In this document: in pieces, positions 20,122 through 29,807 of the stretch | Position numbering within the stretch: position 1 is the stretch's first letter | Layout of the letters: each line of letters starts with the position of its first letter | Origin: an uncultured Gammaproteobacteria bacterium | GTDB taxonomy: Bacteria > Patescibacteriota > Microgenomatia > Levybacterales > UBA12049 | Direction of reading: 5' to 3' | Length of the DNA stretch: 64,000 nucleotides | Assembly (NCBI GenBank): GCA_964533055.1 | Contig: CAZHKZ010000002.1 | Span: 8,129-72,128, forward strand | The notes under the pieces: generated by a model | What the model saw: the letters and a program-made list of their open reading frames with translations, nothing else | The model's database searches: none | What the model was told of the DNA's origin: nothing | Position numbers and translations under genes: made by a program

Positions 20122-20985
20122 ATGAGTAAAATTTCTGTCGTTTTAGCGACTTTTAATGAAGAGCAAAATATAAAAGAATGTCTTGAGTCTGTAAAAGGGA
20201 TCGCAGACGAGATCATAATTGTTGATGGAACTTCATCTGATAATACAGCCCAGATCGCAAAAGATTTTGGAGCTCGGGTCATTCTTGAGGAAAATCGGCC
20301 TAACTTTCATATAAATAAGCAGAAAGCTATATCCGAGGCAAAATATGAGTGGATACTTCAGCTAGATGCAGATGAAAGGGTCACAAAGCCTCTTGCACAA
20401 GAAATACTTTCAGTTGCTTCAATGACTAATGAGGAAATCGAGAGTTATGAGAATAGTCTTGAGAAAAAAGATCTTTTTGCAAGACACTCAAAAATTTTAG
20501 AGTCTCGTGATGGTGAAATAGGGAAAAAGACTGGGGAATATGCAGCTTTTTTCATTCCAAGACTCAACTTTTTTCTCGGAAAATATCTAAGACATGGCGG
20601 TGTCTATCCAGATGGGGTTATTCGTCTTATTCGAAATGGAAAAGCACATTTACCTGCTAAAGATGTTCATGAGCAGATGGAGGTTAAGGGTAAAGTTGGG
20701 TGGCTTCAAAATGATCTGCTTCATAAGGATTCTCCTACATTTGCAAGATATCTTGTAAGAAATAGTAGATATATCAATCTAATTGCTAAGGATCTAGCTC
20801 GAGATCATGTAGGGAAGAATCTATTTGAATTTATAAAGTATATGGTCATTCTTCCACTTCAATGGTTCTTGCTTACTTTCATCCGACATAAGGGATTCAT
20901 GGATTCTTGGCAGGGTTTTGTATTTTCATTATTTTCATCGTTACGGTTTCCGAGAGCGTATATGAGATATCTTAATAATTCATAA
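20122..20985 (+). CDS. GT2 glycosyltransferase, WaaE/LgtF-like
   Basis: 'ISVVLATFNEE', 'ADEIIIVDGTSSDNT', 'WILQLDADERV', 'YPDGVIRL', 'VHEQ'. Confidence 0.88.
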   Translation: MSKISVVLATFNEEQNIKECLESVKGIADEIIIVDGTSSDNTAQIAKDFGARVILEENRPNFHINKQKAISEAKYEWILQLDADERVTKPLAQEILSVASMTNEEIESYENSLEKKDLFARHSKILESRDGEIGKKTGEYAAFFIPRLNFFLGKYLRHGGVYPDGVIRLIRNGKAHLPAKDVHEQMEVKGKVGWLQNDLLHKDSPTFARYLVRNSRYINLIAKDLARDHVGKNLFEFIKYMVILPLQWFLLTFIRHKGFMDSWQGFVFSLFSSLRFPRAYMRYLNNS

Positions 20986-20986
20986 T

Positions 20987-22519
20987 ATGAAAGCTCTCAC
21001 GACATTAAATCAAGATAAATGGTGGCAGCTACTCCTAGCTCTGATAATTCTTTCCACACTTTTTGTTGGAATTGGAACAATTCTCATTGGTAACTTTCCA
21101 TTTTGGTATGATCCAGCGAGAGATTTTTTGATGGCATGGGACAATCTGTCACACCCAACATTGATTGGACCTACATCTGGAATACCCGGAATTTTCTATG
21201 GACCGTATTGGATCTGGTTACTCTCAGTTGGTGTGTTCATTTCTAAAGACCCCAGAATTGCCATGTTAATTGTCCTAGCAATCCCTTACTTGCTCATTTT
21301 GCCCATATTCTTTATCCGAGCCATGAAGTCATACGGGAAGGTCGCATTGGTGGGAGTTTGGGGACTTTATGCTGCAACATTTGGAATTGAATATGCTACA
21401 AAGCCTTGGAATCCCTATCTTGCACCAATTCTCCTCATTGTTCTCATTGCAATATTCTCCAATCTTGAACTGAAGAATATCTCTAAAAATACAATTTCTC
21501 GCTTGCTATTAGCAGGAATTGTGGGTGGGCTAATCGCAAATGCCCATCTGTCTCTTGGATCTGGGATACTGATTGGCTCAGGTTTCTATTTGATTTTATC
21601 GACAATATTTGCTGACTCAGTGAGTAGAGGAGATTTAGTGAAAAGACTCATTCATAGCGTAGCTTCGGGCGTGGTTTTTGTAATTGGGGTAGGGATTAGT
21701 TTTATTCCATATATGCTTTTTGAAGCTAGGCATGGGTTTAACCAGACTAAGATGCTTATTTTTATGGTGACGAGTCCATTCCCGGTTGTCGGAGTTTTGG
21801 GCTTAAGTAAAGATGATATTTTACGTCAATTTCCATTAGTAGCAGTTCGCCTGCTTGGTATTCCAGAGAAGTTTATTGTGATTGTTTTCGCTGTTATCAC
21901 ACTTCTATTTATCATATTGCTTGTTGAGAAGAAGATCGCTTTAACATTGTCGGACAAAAAAATATTGGGAAGCATTTCGTGCATCTTTGTAGCACTTTTT
22001 ACAATTTATATGACGTCTAAAAATCCAGTTTGGGAGTATCATTTTATAGGTATGGAAGTTCTTTTACTTTTCTACATCCTTATCATTGCAGATAAGATGC
22101 GCTTAATCAGATTTGCAATCATTATTTTTGCTGGAAGCTTGTTGATTTCACATGTGTCAAGTTTCACCCATGTTTTGCAGTCAGATGAGCGTTTTGAAGA
22201 TGTCTTGTCTACAAAGGTTGAAGTAACCGAATCTGTGATGAGAGATGCGAAAGGTTCTAATTATGTTGTATATCCACATAGTTCATCGATTTATACATAT
22301 GATTATGCCTATCTTTTTAGATGGAAAAAGGGAGTGAATGTTCCATTTGATCCTTCACAGAATACATATAAGTCAAATACCGCATATCTTATTATTCCTT
22401 CAGTGGGAACAGCTGTAAAGCAAGATTTTATTTCAGGAAAGACCAGGGACGGCGGATATGTGCTTACCAAAGAATGGGCTGTTCGAGAAGTGGAAGTGCA
22501 AAAAATTGAAAAGAAATGA
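20987..22519 (+). CDS. GT-C-like polytopic glycosyltransferase
   Basis: First loop 'FWYDPARD...PTLIGPTSGIPGIFYGPYWIWL', 'WNPY', 'FEARHGF'; multi-TM. Confidence 0.72.
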   Translation: MKALTTLNQDKWWQLLLALIILSTLFVGIGTILIGNFPFWYDPARDFLMAWDNLSHPTLIGPTSGIPGIFYGPYWIWLLSVGVFISKDPRIAMLIVLAIPYLLILPIFFIRAMKSYGKVALVGVWGLYAATFGIEYATKPWNPYLAPILLIVLIAIFSNLELKNISKNTISRLLLAGIVGGLIANAHLSLGSGILIGSGFYLILSTIFADSVSRGDLVKRLIHSVASGVVFVIGVGISFIPYMLFEARHGFNQTKMLIFMVTSPFPVVGVLGLSKDDILRQFPLVAVRLLGIPEKFIVIVFAVITLLFIILLVEKKIALTLSDKKILGSISCIFVALFTIYMTSKNPVWEYHFIGMEVLLLFYILIIADKMRLIRFAIIIFAGSLLISHVSSFTHVLQSDERFEDVLSTKVEVTESVMRDAKGSNYVVYPHSSSIYTYDYAYLFRWKKGVNVPFDPSQNTYKSNTAYLIIPSVGTAVKQDFISGKTRDGGYVLTKEWAVREVEVQKIEKK

Positions 22520-24048
22520 AAAACTTTTTTAAACCCATATTTATCCTTTTAGCGATAGTATTGCTTGCTGCGTTCCTGAGACTTTATAAAGTAGACTCAA
22601 ATCCGCCAGGACTTTACATTGACGAAGTCTCTATTGGTTATAACGCCTACACGATTCTGACTAAAGGCGTTGATGAGTATGGTACTCCGTTCCCATTATG
22701 GTTTAGGTCGTTCGGAGATTATAAGATGCCTGTCTATATCTATGCTGTTAGTGGTTCGATGTTGGTATTTGGTAAGACAGAGCTCGCAGTAAGATTGCCA
22801 TCAATTGTGGCGGGTATCATGACCGTACTTATTCTCTATCTTTTTATTAGAGGGTTTGAAAAAAAGACAGATAAGCGGGGTGAATATAAATATCTAGCAA
22901 TATTAAGCTCATTTCTCCTAAGCATTTCTAGCTATCATATTCAGTTTTCTAGAGGTGGCTTTGAAGTCAACGTAGCGCTCTTTATTTTCTTGAGCGGTTG
23001 TCTCTTCCTTCAGTACTTCTTAAAATACCAGCAAAAAAAATATCTCGCAGTAAGTTTTTGTCTTTTTGTTTTAAGTTCATACACGTATCATTCTTTCAGA
23101 GTTCTTGCTCCGATAGCTATTTTCACAGGACTCATTCTCCTTAATACTATGCGAAGTCTCACGAGGAGAGAAATTTTTTTGAGCGGAATAAGTTCGCTGA
23201 TATTATTTTTGCCGTTAATTATTTTTTCAGTAAGTCCAAATGGATCACAAAGATTTAGTCAGACCTCGATTTTTTCAGAATATCCGCTTACAAACGAATG
23301 GGCAAAGCTTTATACGTATCCAATGGTCCTTTTAAAAAATTACGTTTCGTATTTTTCGCTTCATTTTCTTTTTAGTTTTGGAGATGGCATTGGGAGACAT
23401 CAGGTTCCAGGTTTTGGCCTTCTTTTTAGAACTCAGCTCCCACTTCTGATTGCAGGTATTGCTGCACTCATTAAGATGAGAAAGACTATGCTTGCAAGAA
23501 CAATGCTATTTTTGCTCCTTGTTGCGCCAATCCCTGCAATGCTTGCAAGACCAAGTCCTCACAGCCTCAGACCACTTCTTATTGTCATTCCGTTAACAGT
23601 GATTATGGCCATGGGCCTGCGCTACCTCTTTACTGGGTTTGGAAGATGGGGTAGGGGTGTTGTACTTATCTTAGCCTGCATCTTCGTGTATGAGTTTAGC
23701 TCTTACCTTTTTAGCTACTATGTTCGCTACCCGCAGATCAATGCCCTTGATTGGGGAGCAGGATATAAAGAGATTGTTCAGAAGGCAGGAGCGCATAAAG
23801 ACGAATATCCACGTATTGTTATTGATAAAAAACTTGATAATGCTCTAATCTATTTCAAATTTTACGACGAGTCTCTTGATCCTATTCTTGTAGGCAACGA
23901 CTGGAAATTTCCATTGGGAATAAGCGGTGTTAAAACAATGTATATTCGGCCAAATTATGGCAACGTATCTGAAAATGTTTTTGATACGGTTAAATTGCCT
24001 GGGAAATATGGCGATACGTTCGCTCAGTTTTGGAGGGAAAGTCAGTGA
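22516..24048 (+). CDS. ArnT/PMT_2-like GT-C glycosyltransferase
   Basis: 'PPGLYIDEVSIGYNAY...GVDEYG...SFGDYKMPVYIY', 'HIQFSRGGFEVN', 'SPHSLR'. Confidence 0.85.
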   Translation: MKNFFKPIFILLAIVLLAAFLRLYKVDSNPPGLYIDEVSIGYNAYTILTKGVDEYGTPFPLWFRSFGDYKMPVYIYAVSGSMLVFGKTELAVRLPSIVAGIMTVLILYLFIRGFEKKTDKRGEYKYLAILSSFLLSISSYHIQFSRGGFEVNVALFIFLSGCLFLQYFLKYQQKKYLAVSFCLFVLSSYTYHSFRVLAPIAIFTGLILLNTMRSLTRREIFLSGISSLILFLPLIIFSVSPNGSQRFSQTSIFSEYPLTNEWAKLYTYPMVLLKNYVSYFSLHFLFSFGDGIGRHQVPGFGLLFRTQLPLLIAGIAALIKMRKTMLARTMLFLLLVAPIPAMLARPSPHSLRPLLIVIPLTVIMAMGLRYLFTGFGRWGRGVVLILACIFVYEFSSYLFSYYVRYPQINALDWGAGYKEIVQKAGAHKDEYPRIVIDKKLDNALIYFKFYDESLDPILVGNDWKFPLGISGVKTMYIRPNYGNVSENVFDTVKLPGKYGDTFAQFWRESQ

Positions 24049-24620
24049 AGAGGATACTACTTATAGTCATTGCTATTATTCAGATTGCATACTTTTCGTA
24101 CTGGTATTCGTGTCTAAGACTCGCTGATTTCTACTATTTTTCAGCCTTTAATTTAAAGTTACGACTTGAAGATACAGCTCGATATGATTCATATCAGCCG
24201 TATCTGATTGCAAAGATTTTCAACAATAAAGTAAGCGGATTCGCTGTCGAAGTTTATTCAATACTCTCACATTATTTGGATATCACATTTTTAATCCAGT
24301 TCTTCTCACTTATAGGTTGTTTTGGGATTGTCCTCGGGTTTCATTTTATTTGGAAGCGAGAAAAGGCTAAGGCCATGGCTTTGTTTGTAGGAATTGTCTC
24401 GCTTTTGATCCTCAGTATCTTTTTGCCATCTAACAGATTCTTTGTGCCGTTTATCTTTACATTCATGGCTACAGGTCTCTTACTGTCTCTATATGGTGTG
24501 AAAAAAGCACTCGACTCAAAGCCAAGACTCTTGCCAGTTTTTGTCCTCCTCATACTATTAAGCATCTGGTGGTTTTTTGTGTTTGGTTTAAATTTGATCC
24601 AATTCTGCATAGCTAAGTAA
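24045..24620 (+). CDS. Small membrane protein with partial similarity to the GT-C C-terminal half
   Basis: GTG start overlapping the upstream TGA; 'AKIFNNK...SHYLDITFL' resembles 'KLFHNR...HFNFSFL'; several TM segments. Confidence 0.6.
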   Translation: MKRILLIVIAIIQIAYFSYWYSCLRLADFYYFSAFNLKLRLEDTARYDSYQPYLIAKIFNNKVSGFAVEVYSILSHYLDITFLIQFFSLIGCFGIVLGFHFIWKREKAKAMALFVGIVSLLILSIFLPSNRFFVPFIFTFMATGLLLSLYGVKKALDSKPRLLPVFVLLILLSIWWFFVFGLNLIQFCIAK

Positions 24621-24644
24621 GGCTATTTTTATTTTCTTCGACTT

Positions 24645-24653
24645 TGCTATAAT
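24645..24653 (+). promoter_or_regulatory. Extended -10 promoter (TGcTATAAT), 6 nt before the galE ATG
   Basis: Perfect TGnTATAAT followed by tattct-ATG (24660); no Shine-Dalgarno. Confidence 0.65.
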
Positions 24654-24659
24654 TATTCT

Positions 24660-25631
24660 ATGAGGTATGTTGTAACTGGAGGAGCAGGTTATATAGGTGG
24701 ATTTATGACCGTGAGACTTCTTGAAGATGGTCATGAGGTCATCGTTATTGATAGTCTTGAGCGTAGCCATATTGAGTCACTCGATAGTAGATTGATTCTT
24801 GAACAAGGTAATCTTTTGGATAAGAAGTTCTTAAAAAATGTTTTTACCAAATATAAAATTGATGCAGTTTTTCATTTTGGAGGCTATATCTCAGTTTCAG
24901 AATCAGTCTCAAAGCCTTCAGCATATTTTGCAAATAACTTTCTTGCCACCCTCAACCTTCTAGATCAAATGGTAGAGAGTGGAGTTGAACGGATCATTTT
25001 CTCATCTAGCGCTGCAGTTTATGGAAATCCAACCATGGTTCCAATCCCTGAAAGCCACCCAAAGTCGCCAGAAAGTCCGTATGGTGATAGTAAGTGGATG
25101 GTAGAGCGTATTCTTCATTGGTATTTTGTCTCTAACAAGATTCGCTCAGTTGCTCTTCGATATTTTAATGCGTCAGGTGCAGCCCTTGATGGGTCGCGTG
25201 GCGAGGCGCATGATCCTGAGACACACATCATCCCACTGGCTATCGCTGCAGCTATGAAAGGCACTACATTTACCTTATTTGGAAGTGACTATGAGACAAG
25301 GGATGGTACTTGTGTGCGTGATTATATACATGTGCTTGATCTAGTTGAAGCACATGTGCTTTCGTTGAAAAAAATTGAGAAAGATGCTGGAAGCTTTGCT
25401 TACAATGTTGGAACTGGAAGTGGATATTCCAATCAGGAGATAGTAGATATGGTAAAGCAGGTCAGTGGCAAGACACTAGACGTTGCTCTCAAAGACAGAA
25501 GAGCAGGTGATCCTGGGGAGTTGATAGCTAAAGTGGATTTGATTAAGAAAGATCTTGGCTTTAATCCAAAATTCTCAGATCTTCAGACAGTAATTGGAAG
25601 CGCCTGGAAATGGCACTCAAAGAAAGCATGA
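24660..25631 (+). CDS. galE: UDP-glucose 4-epimerase
   Basis: 'VTGGAGYIG', 'FSSSAAVYG', 'SPYGDSK', 'LRYFNASGA', 'ETHIIP', 'DGTCVRDYIHVLDL', 'RRAGDP'. Confidence 0.93.
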   Translation: MRYVVTGGAGYIGGFMTVRLLEDGHEVIVIDSLERSHIESLDSRLILEQGNLLDKKFLKNVFTKYKIDAVFHFGGYISVSESVSKPSAYFANNFLATLNLLDQMVESGVERIIFSSSAAVYGNPTMVPIPESHPKSPESPYGDSKWMVERILHWYFVSNKIRSVALRYFNASGAALDGSRGEAHDPETHIIPLAIAAAMKGTTFTLFGSDYETRDGTCVRDYIHVLDLVEAHVLSLKKIEKDAGSFAYNVGTGSGYSNQEIVDMVKQVSGKTLDVALKDRRAGDPGELIAKVDLIKKDLGFNPKFSDLQTVIGSAWKWHSKKA

Positions 25632-26686
25632 AAATAGCCCTGGATATCTCCCCACTTTCATCTGGACATAAGGTTCGCGGCGTCGGTTTCTATGTTAAAT
25701 ACCTTATGGAAGCACTGGTAAAGCATGACACACTTCATGAATATCAGTTTTTTAATAGCATTAATGAGGTTAAATCTGCAGATATTATTCACATCCCATA
25801 TTTTGATCCATTTTTCAGGCATCTCCCGATTTTGAAAAAAGCGCCGACAGTAATTACAATTCATGATCTTACGCCTATAAAATTTCCTTCACACTTCCCG
25901 GTAGGTATGAAAGGAAGTGCGCTTTGGCAGGTAAATAAGAGACTTGCCCTCTTATCAAGTGCAATTATTACTGATTCAGATTCATCGACAAATGATGTCA
26001 TCGAGCTTATGGGGGCAAGACGAGAAAGGGTTCATACGGTTTATCTTGCACCTGGTGACCAGTATTCAAGTAGAACTGCATCAAGTTTTCAGATAAAAGA
26101 CCTCATTAAAAAATATAAATTACCAAAAGATTTTGTTCTCTACGTTGGGGACGTAACCTGGAATAAAAATCTTCCTCGAATTGTTGAGGCTGCGATCAAG
26201 GCTCAAATTCCACTTGTATTGGTAGGTAAAGCAATTGCAAATACAGATTTCGATAGATCTCATCCATGGAATGCAGATCTTTTAGCTGTCCAGAAATTGA
26301 CATATGGCAATAATGATCTCTATGTGCTTGGATTTGTGCCAGATGATGAGCTGAAGGCTCTCTATGCTCACGCAAAAGCTGTCTTACTTCCATCTCTCTA
26401 CGAAGGATTTGGACTGCCTGTTGTTGAGGCAATGGCATCAGGGTGTCCAGTGATTACGTCAAAAATGGGATCGTTAAGCGAGGTAGCTGGAAATGCTGCG
26501 TACTTTGTTGATCCTTACAGTATTGAAGCAATTGCTGACGGAATAAAGGATGTTTTTCAGAGTAAGTCGCTTCAAGCGCAGTTAAGAAAAAGTGGACATA
26601 TTCAGGTTGAGAAATTTAGTTGGAAGAAAACAGCTCTTGCAACAATAGATGTTTATGAAAAAGTTGTTATGGGCAAATCATTATGA
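25628..26686 (+). CDS. GT4 glycosyltransferase (MtfB/WbpY-like)
   Basis: Start ATG 25628 (MKIALD); 'ITIHDL', 'KNLPRI', 'PSLYEGFGLPVVEAMASGCPVI', 'FSWKK'. Confidence 0.92.
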   Translation: MKIALDISPLSSGHKVRGVGFYVKYLMEALVKHDTLHEYQFFNSINEVKSADIIHIPYFDPFFRHLPILKKAPTVITIHDLTPIKFPSHFPVGMKGSALWQVNKRLALLSSAIITDSDSSTNDVIELMGARRERVHTVYLAPGDQYSSRTASSFQIKDLIKKYKLPKDFVLYVGDVTWNKNLPRIVEAAIKAQIPLVLVGKAIANTDFDRSHPWNADLLAVQKLTYGNNDLYVLGFVPDDELKALYAHAKAVLLPSLYEGFGLPVVEAMASGCPVITSKMGSLSEVAGNAAYFVDPYSIEAIADGIKDVFQSKSLQAQLRKSGHIQVEKFSWKKTALATIDVYEKVVMGKSL

Positions 26687-27960
26687 TAGTTACAGTAGTT
26701 GCATTAGTAAGAAGGTTTATCAGGCATCCCCTAATCACAGGTAGTTCAATTGTCTTTATTGGTTCATTTTTAGTTAGTATTACAAACTATATTTATAATT
26801 TGTTAATGGGTAGATTCCTTTCTGTTCAAGATTATGGATTGCTGACCTCTCTTACCTCAATTTTGGTGTTATTAGGGTTGTTCAGTAACGCATTCACCAA
26901 TGTTTTTGTTAAATTCTCTGCATCTTTTAAAAGTCAGGAGAATGAAGGTGGGATAAATTTATTAAAAGCATATGGAATAAAGTCTTTAAGAATTTTCGCA
27001 CTTTGTCTTTTGGTTTTATTAGTAGTTGCCTCACCATTTATTCAGAAATTTTTACACATAGACCATATTGAATACATATTTTTAATAGTTAGCGCTGTTA
27101 TATTCTCATTATTCTTAACACTACCCCTTGGCATTTTACAGGGAAGAATGCAGTTCCTTTTATTATCAGCAGCGAATATCAGTCAGCCAATTATTAAGAT
27201 TATTGTTTCAGTTACCCTGTTAATATTAGGCTTCTCCGTAATTAGTCCGTTAATAGCAATTTCGGTTTCTACTTTAATACCTTTAATCATTCTTTATTAC
27301 ATGCTGTTTTCAAAAAATGGGAGGGGAATAAATAAGGACTTAGATGTTGGTCTATTCAGAAAAGACTTTATACATTTTTCCTATACGTTTTTTTTGGCTG
27401 GTGTTGGAATTGCTTTATTGTCGAATACAGATATTCTTCTAGTGAGGGTTTTCTTTAGCGATATCGTTTCTGGACAGTATGCAGCACTGTCGCTAATGGG
27501 AAAAGCGATATTCTATCTGATAATGCCGATAAATTTTGCCTTCTTTCCCTTAATAGCTTATAAGAGAGAAAGAAAAGAGAGATTATTTGGAACTGTTCTT
27601 CTTGCATTTTTGATTGTAGGATCAGCATCAATTCTCTTGTCCTTTATATATTTTGTTTTCCCATCACTAGTCTTGGGAATTTTCTTTCCAGCACCTGATT
27701 ATAAAGTACTTAAAGATTATCTTGGTATCTATTCAATCTATATTATTCTATTTTCATTCGCCACGTTGTTTGCCAATTTTTTCTTATCAATTGGTAAAAC
27801 CGACATTTATAAAATTTCATTGTTTGCAGCATTTTTTCAAATATTTGCGATCATCTTATTTCACAAATCATTACTTGAAGTAATTCTTTGTCTGCTTATA
27901 GTTTCATTATTGTTTTTGCTTGTCCTGATAGGCTATTATCTTAAGCATGGAAAAGATTAA
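26683..27960 (+). CDS. Wzx-type oligosaccharide flippase (second copy)
   Basis: About 12 TMs; 'NYIYNLLMGRFLSVQDYG', 'GILQG', 'NTDILLVR', 'GQYAALSLMGK', 'FFP'. Confidence 0.82.
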   Translation: MIVTVVALVRRFIRHPLITGSSIVFIGSFLVSITNYIYNLLMGRFLSVQDYGLLTSLTSILVLLGLFSNAFTNVFVKFSASFKSQENEGGINLLKAYGIKSLRIFALCLLVLLVVASPFIQKFLHIDHIEYIFLIVSAVIFSLFLTLPLGILQGRMQFLLLSAANISQPIIKIIVSVTLLILGFSVISPLIAISVSTLIPLIILYYMLFSKNGRGINKDLDVGLFRKDFIHFSYTFFLAGVGIALLSNTDILLVRVFFSDIVSGQYAALSLMGKAIFYLIMPINFAFFPLIAYKRERKERLFGTVLLAFLIVGSASILLSFIYFVFPSLVLGIFFPAPDYKVLKDYLGIYSIYIILFSFATLFANFFLSIGKTDIYKISLFAAFFQIFAIILFHKSLLEVILCLLIVSLLFLLVLIGYYLKHGKD

Positions 27961-29806
27961 GCTTCTTACGCTAGTTGTCCCGACCTATAAACAAGAAAAA
28001 ACCATTTTAAGAAACATTAAGAAGTTACAAGCTTCGGTTAGAAACCTTCCATTCAAAACAGAAATTATTGTTGTAATAGATGGTCACCTCGATAAGACTC
28101 CACAAATCTTAAAAAATATTCAATCTAAAAGCCTTAGAATTATTGGGTATCCAGAAAATCAGGGAAAAGGATTTGCAGTTCGCTATGGGATGCTGCAAGG
28201 TAAAGGGGATGTAATTGGATTCATTGATGGAGATTTAGATATTAACCCTACAGGTATTTCAATGTTGATTAATCATCTTCAGTGGTATGACGCAGATATT
28301 GTTATTGGGAGTAAGCTTCATCCTGTATCTCAGGTTGATTATCCAGTTTTTAGAAAAATACTTTCATGGGGATATAGGAATCTTATACGTTTGCTTTTTG
28401 GGTTAAAGGTCAGAGATTCACAGGTTGGACTGAAACTTTTTAGGAGAAAAGTAGTTATGGATGTTTTCCCGAGACTACTAGTTAAGAAATTTGCATTTGA
28501 TATTGAGGCATTAGCTGTTTCGCATCACTTAGGTTACAAGAGAATATTTGAAGCCCCCATTAGATTAGAGTTTAAATATTTGAGTAATCTCAATGCGAAA
28601 ACATTTTGGAAGACTATATTATTTATGAGTTGGGACACAATGGCTGTATTCTATCGACTTCATATTTTGAACTATTACAACGAATCTAGGAAATTATCCA
28701 ACGCTAAAAAAATTGTAATATTTAACTGGAGAGATATTAAGAATCCTTTATCAGGTGGAGCTGAAATACTCACCCATGAAATTGCTAAAGGCTTAGTTGC
28801 TGAAGGTAATACAGTGACAATCTTTTGTTCTCATTTTAAGAAAGGTAAAAGAAGAGAGATGATTGACGGAGTATTAATTATTAGACAAGGAAATCCCGAT
28901 ATTCGATCGTTGTTTAACTCTGTCCACTGGAAGGCATTTCGTTATTACTCAAGATATCTAAAAGGAAATGTCAATGTTGTTATAGACGAAATACACGGTG
29001 TACCATTTTTTACAAGATTATATGTTAAGGAAAGAATTGTTGTTTTAATATGCGAGGTTGCAAATAATGTTTGGGATACAGCATTTTCTTTTCCATGGAA
29101 TATACTGGGTAAATATTCTGAAAAATTGTTTATTAATTTTTATCGTGGACTTGCTTTCTTCACCATTTCACAATCAACTAAAAAAGATTTAGTCGATATT
29201 GGGATTTCAGCTGAGTCTATAAAAGTTATCCCAATGGGCATATCAACATATAAGTTGCCCAAAGTCAAAAAGGAGACGTATCCTACAGCAATTTTTGTTG
29301 CGCGCATTAATAAAATGAAAGGAATAGAAGACGCAATTGAAGCTTGGAAAACCGTATGTAATAAATATCCCAAAGCAATGCTTTGGGTGGTGGGAAAAGG
29401 AGATGAAAATTACCTTAACTATTTGGGTAAAAAAATTAAGTTATTAAAGCTTGAGAACAATATTCAGTTCCACGGTTACATTTCTGAAGAGAAAAAATTT
29501 AAACTTTTGGCAAAGGCTCACTTTATTGTCTCCCCATCAATTAGAGAAGGTTTCGGTCTAACAATTCCAGAAGCTGGATCAGTATTCACGCCAGCAGTTA
29601 TTTATGATGCGCCAGGCTTGAGGGAATTGGTTGATTCCACAAACGGAATTAGGTTGAAAAAAAATTCTGTAGAAGAATTGTCTAAAGCGATGTTATCGAT
29701 GTTTTCTAGTAGCCAAAAAACCTTAAGAATGGGTAGACATGCTTATAGAAAAAGTATAATATATAGGTGGGAAAATACAGTAAATTCTTTTAAGGAAGCA
29801 ATATAA
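27947..29806 (+). CDS. GT2 (polyprenol-P-sugar synthase-like) - GT4 fusion glycosyltransferase
   Basis: N-terminal 'NQGKGFAVRYG', 'FIDGDLD', 'DSQVGLKLF', 'FAFDIE'; C-terminal 'IFNWRDIKNPLSGGAE', 'PSIREGFGLTIPEA'. Confidence 0.87.
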   Translation: MEKIKLLTLVVPTYKQEKTILRNIKKLQASVRNLPFKTEIIVVIDGHLDKTPQILKNIQSKSLRIIGYPENQGKGFAVRYGMLQGKGDVIGFIDGDLDINPTGISMLINHLQWYDADIVIGSKLHPVSQVDYPVFRKILSWGYRNLIRLLFGLKVRDSQVGLKLFRRKVVMDVFPRLLVKKFAFDIEALAVSHHLGYKRIFEAPIRLEFKYLSNLNAKTFWKTILFMSWDTMAVFYRLHILNYYNESRKLSNAKKIVIFNWRDIKNPLSGGAEILTHEIAKGLVAEGNTVTIFCSHFKKGKRREMIDGVLIIRQGNPDIRSLFNSVHWKAFRYYSRYLKGNVNVVIDEIHGVPFFTRLYVKERIVVLICEVANNVWDTAFSFPWNILGKYSEKLFINFYRGLAFFTISQSTKKDLVDIGISAESIKVIPMGISTYKLPKVKKETYPTAIFVARINKMKGIEDAIEAWKTVCNKYPKAMLWVVGKGDENYLNYLGKKIKLLKLENNIQFHGYISEEKKFKLLAKAHFIVSPSIREGFGLTIPEAGSVFTPAVIYDAPGLRELVDSTNGIRLKKNSVEELSKAMLSMFSSSQKTLRMGRHAYRKSIIYRWENTVNSFKEAI

Positions 29807-29807
29807 T

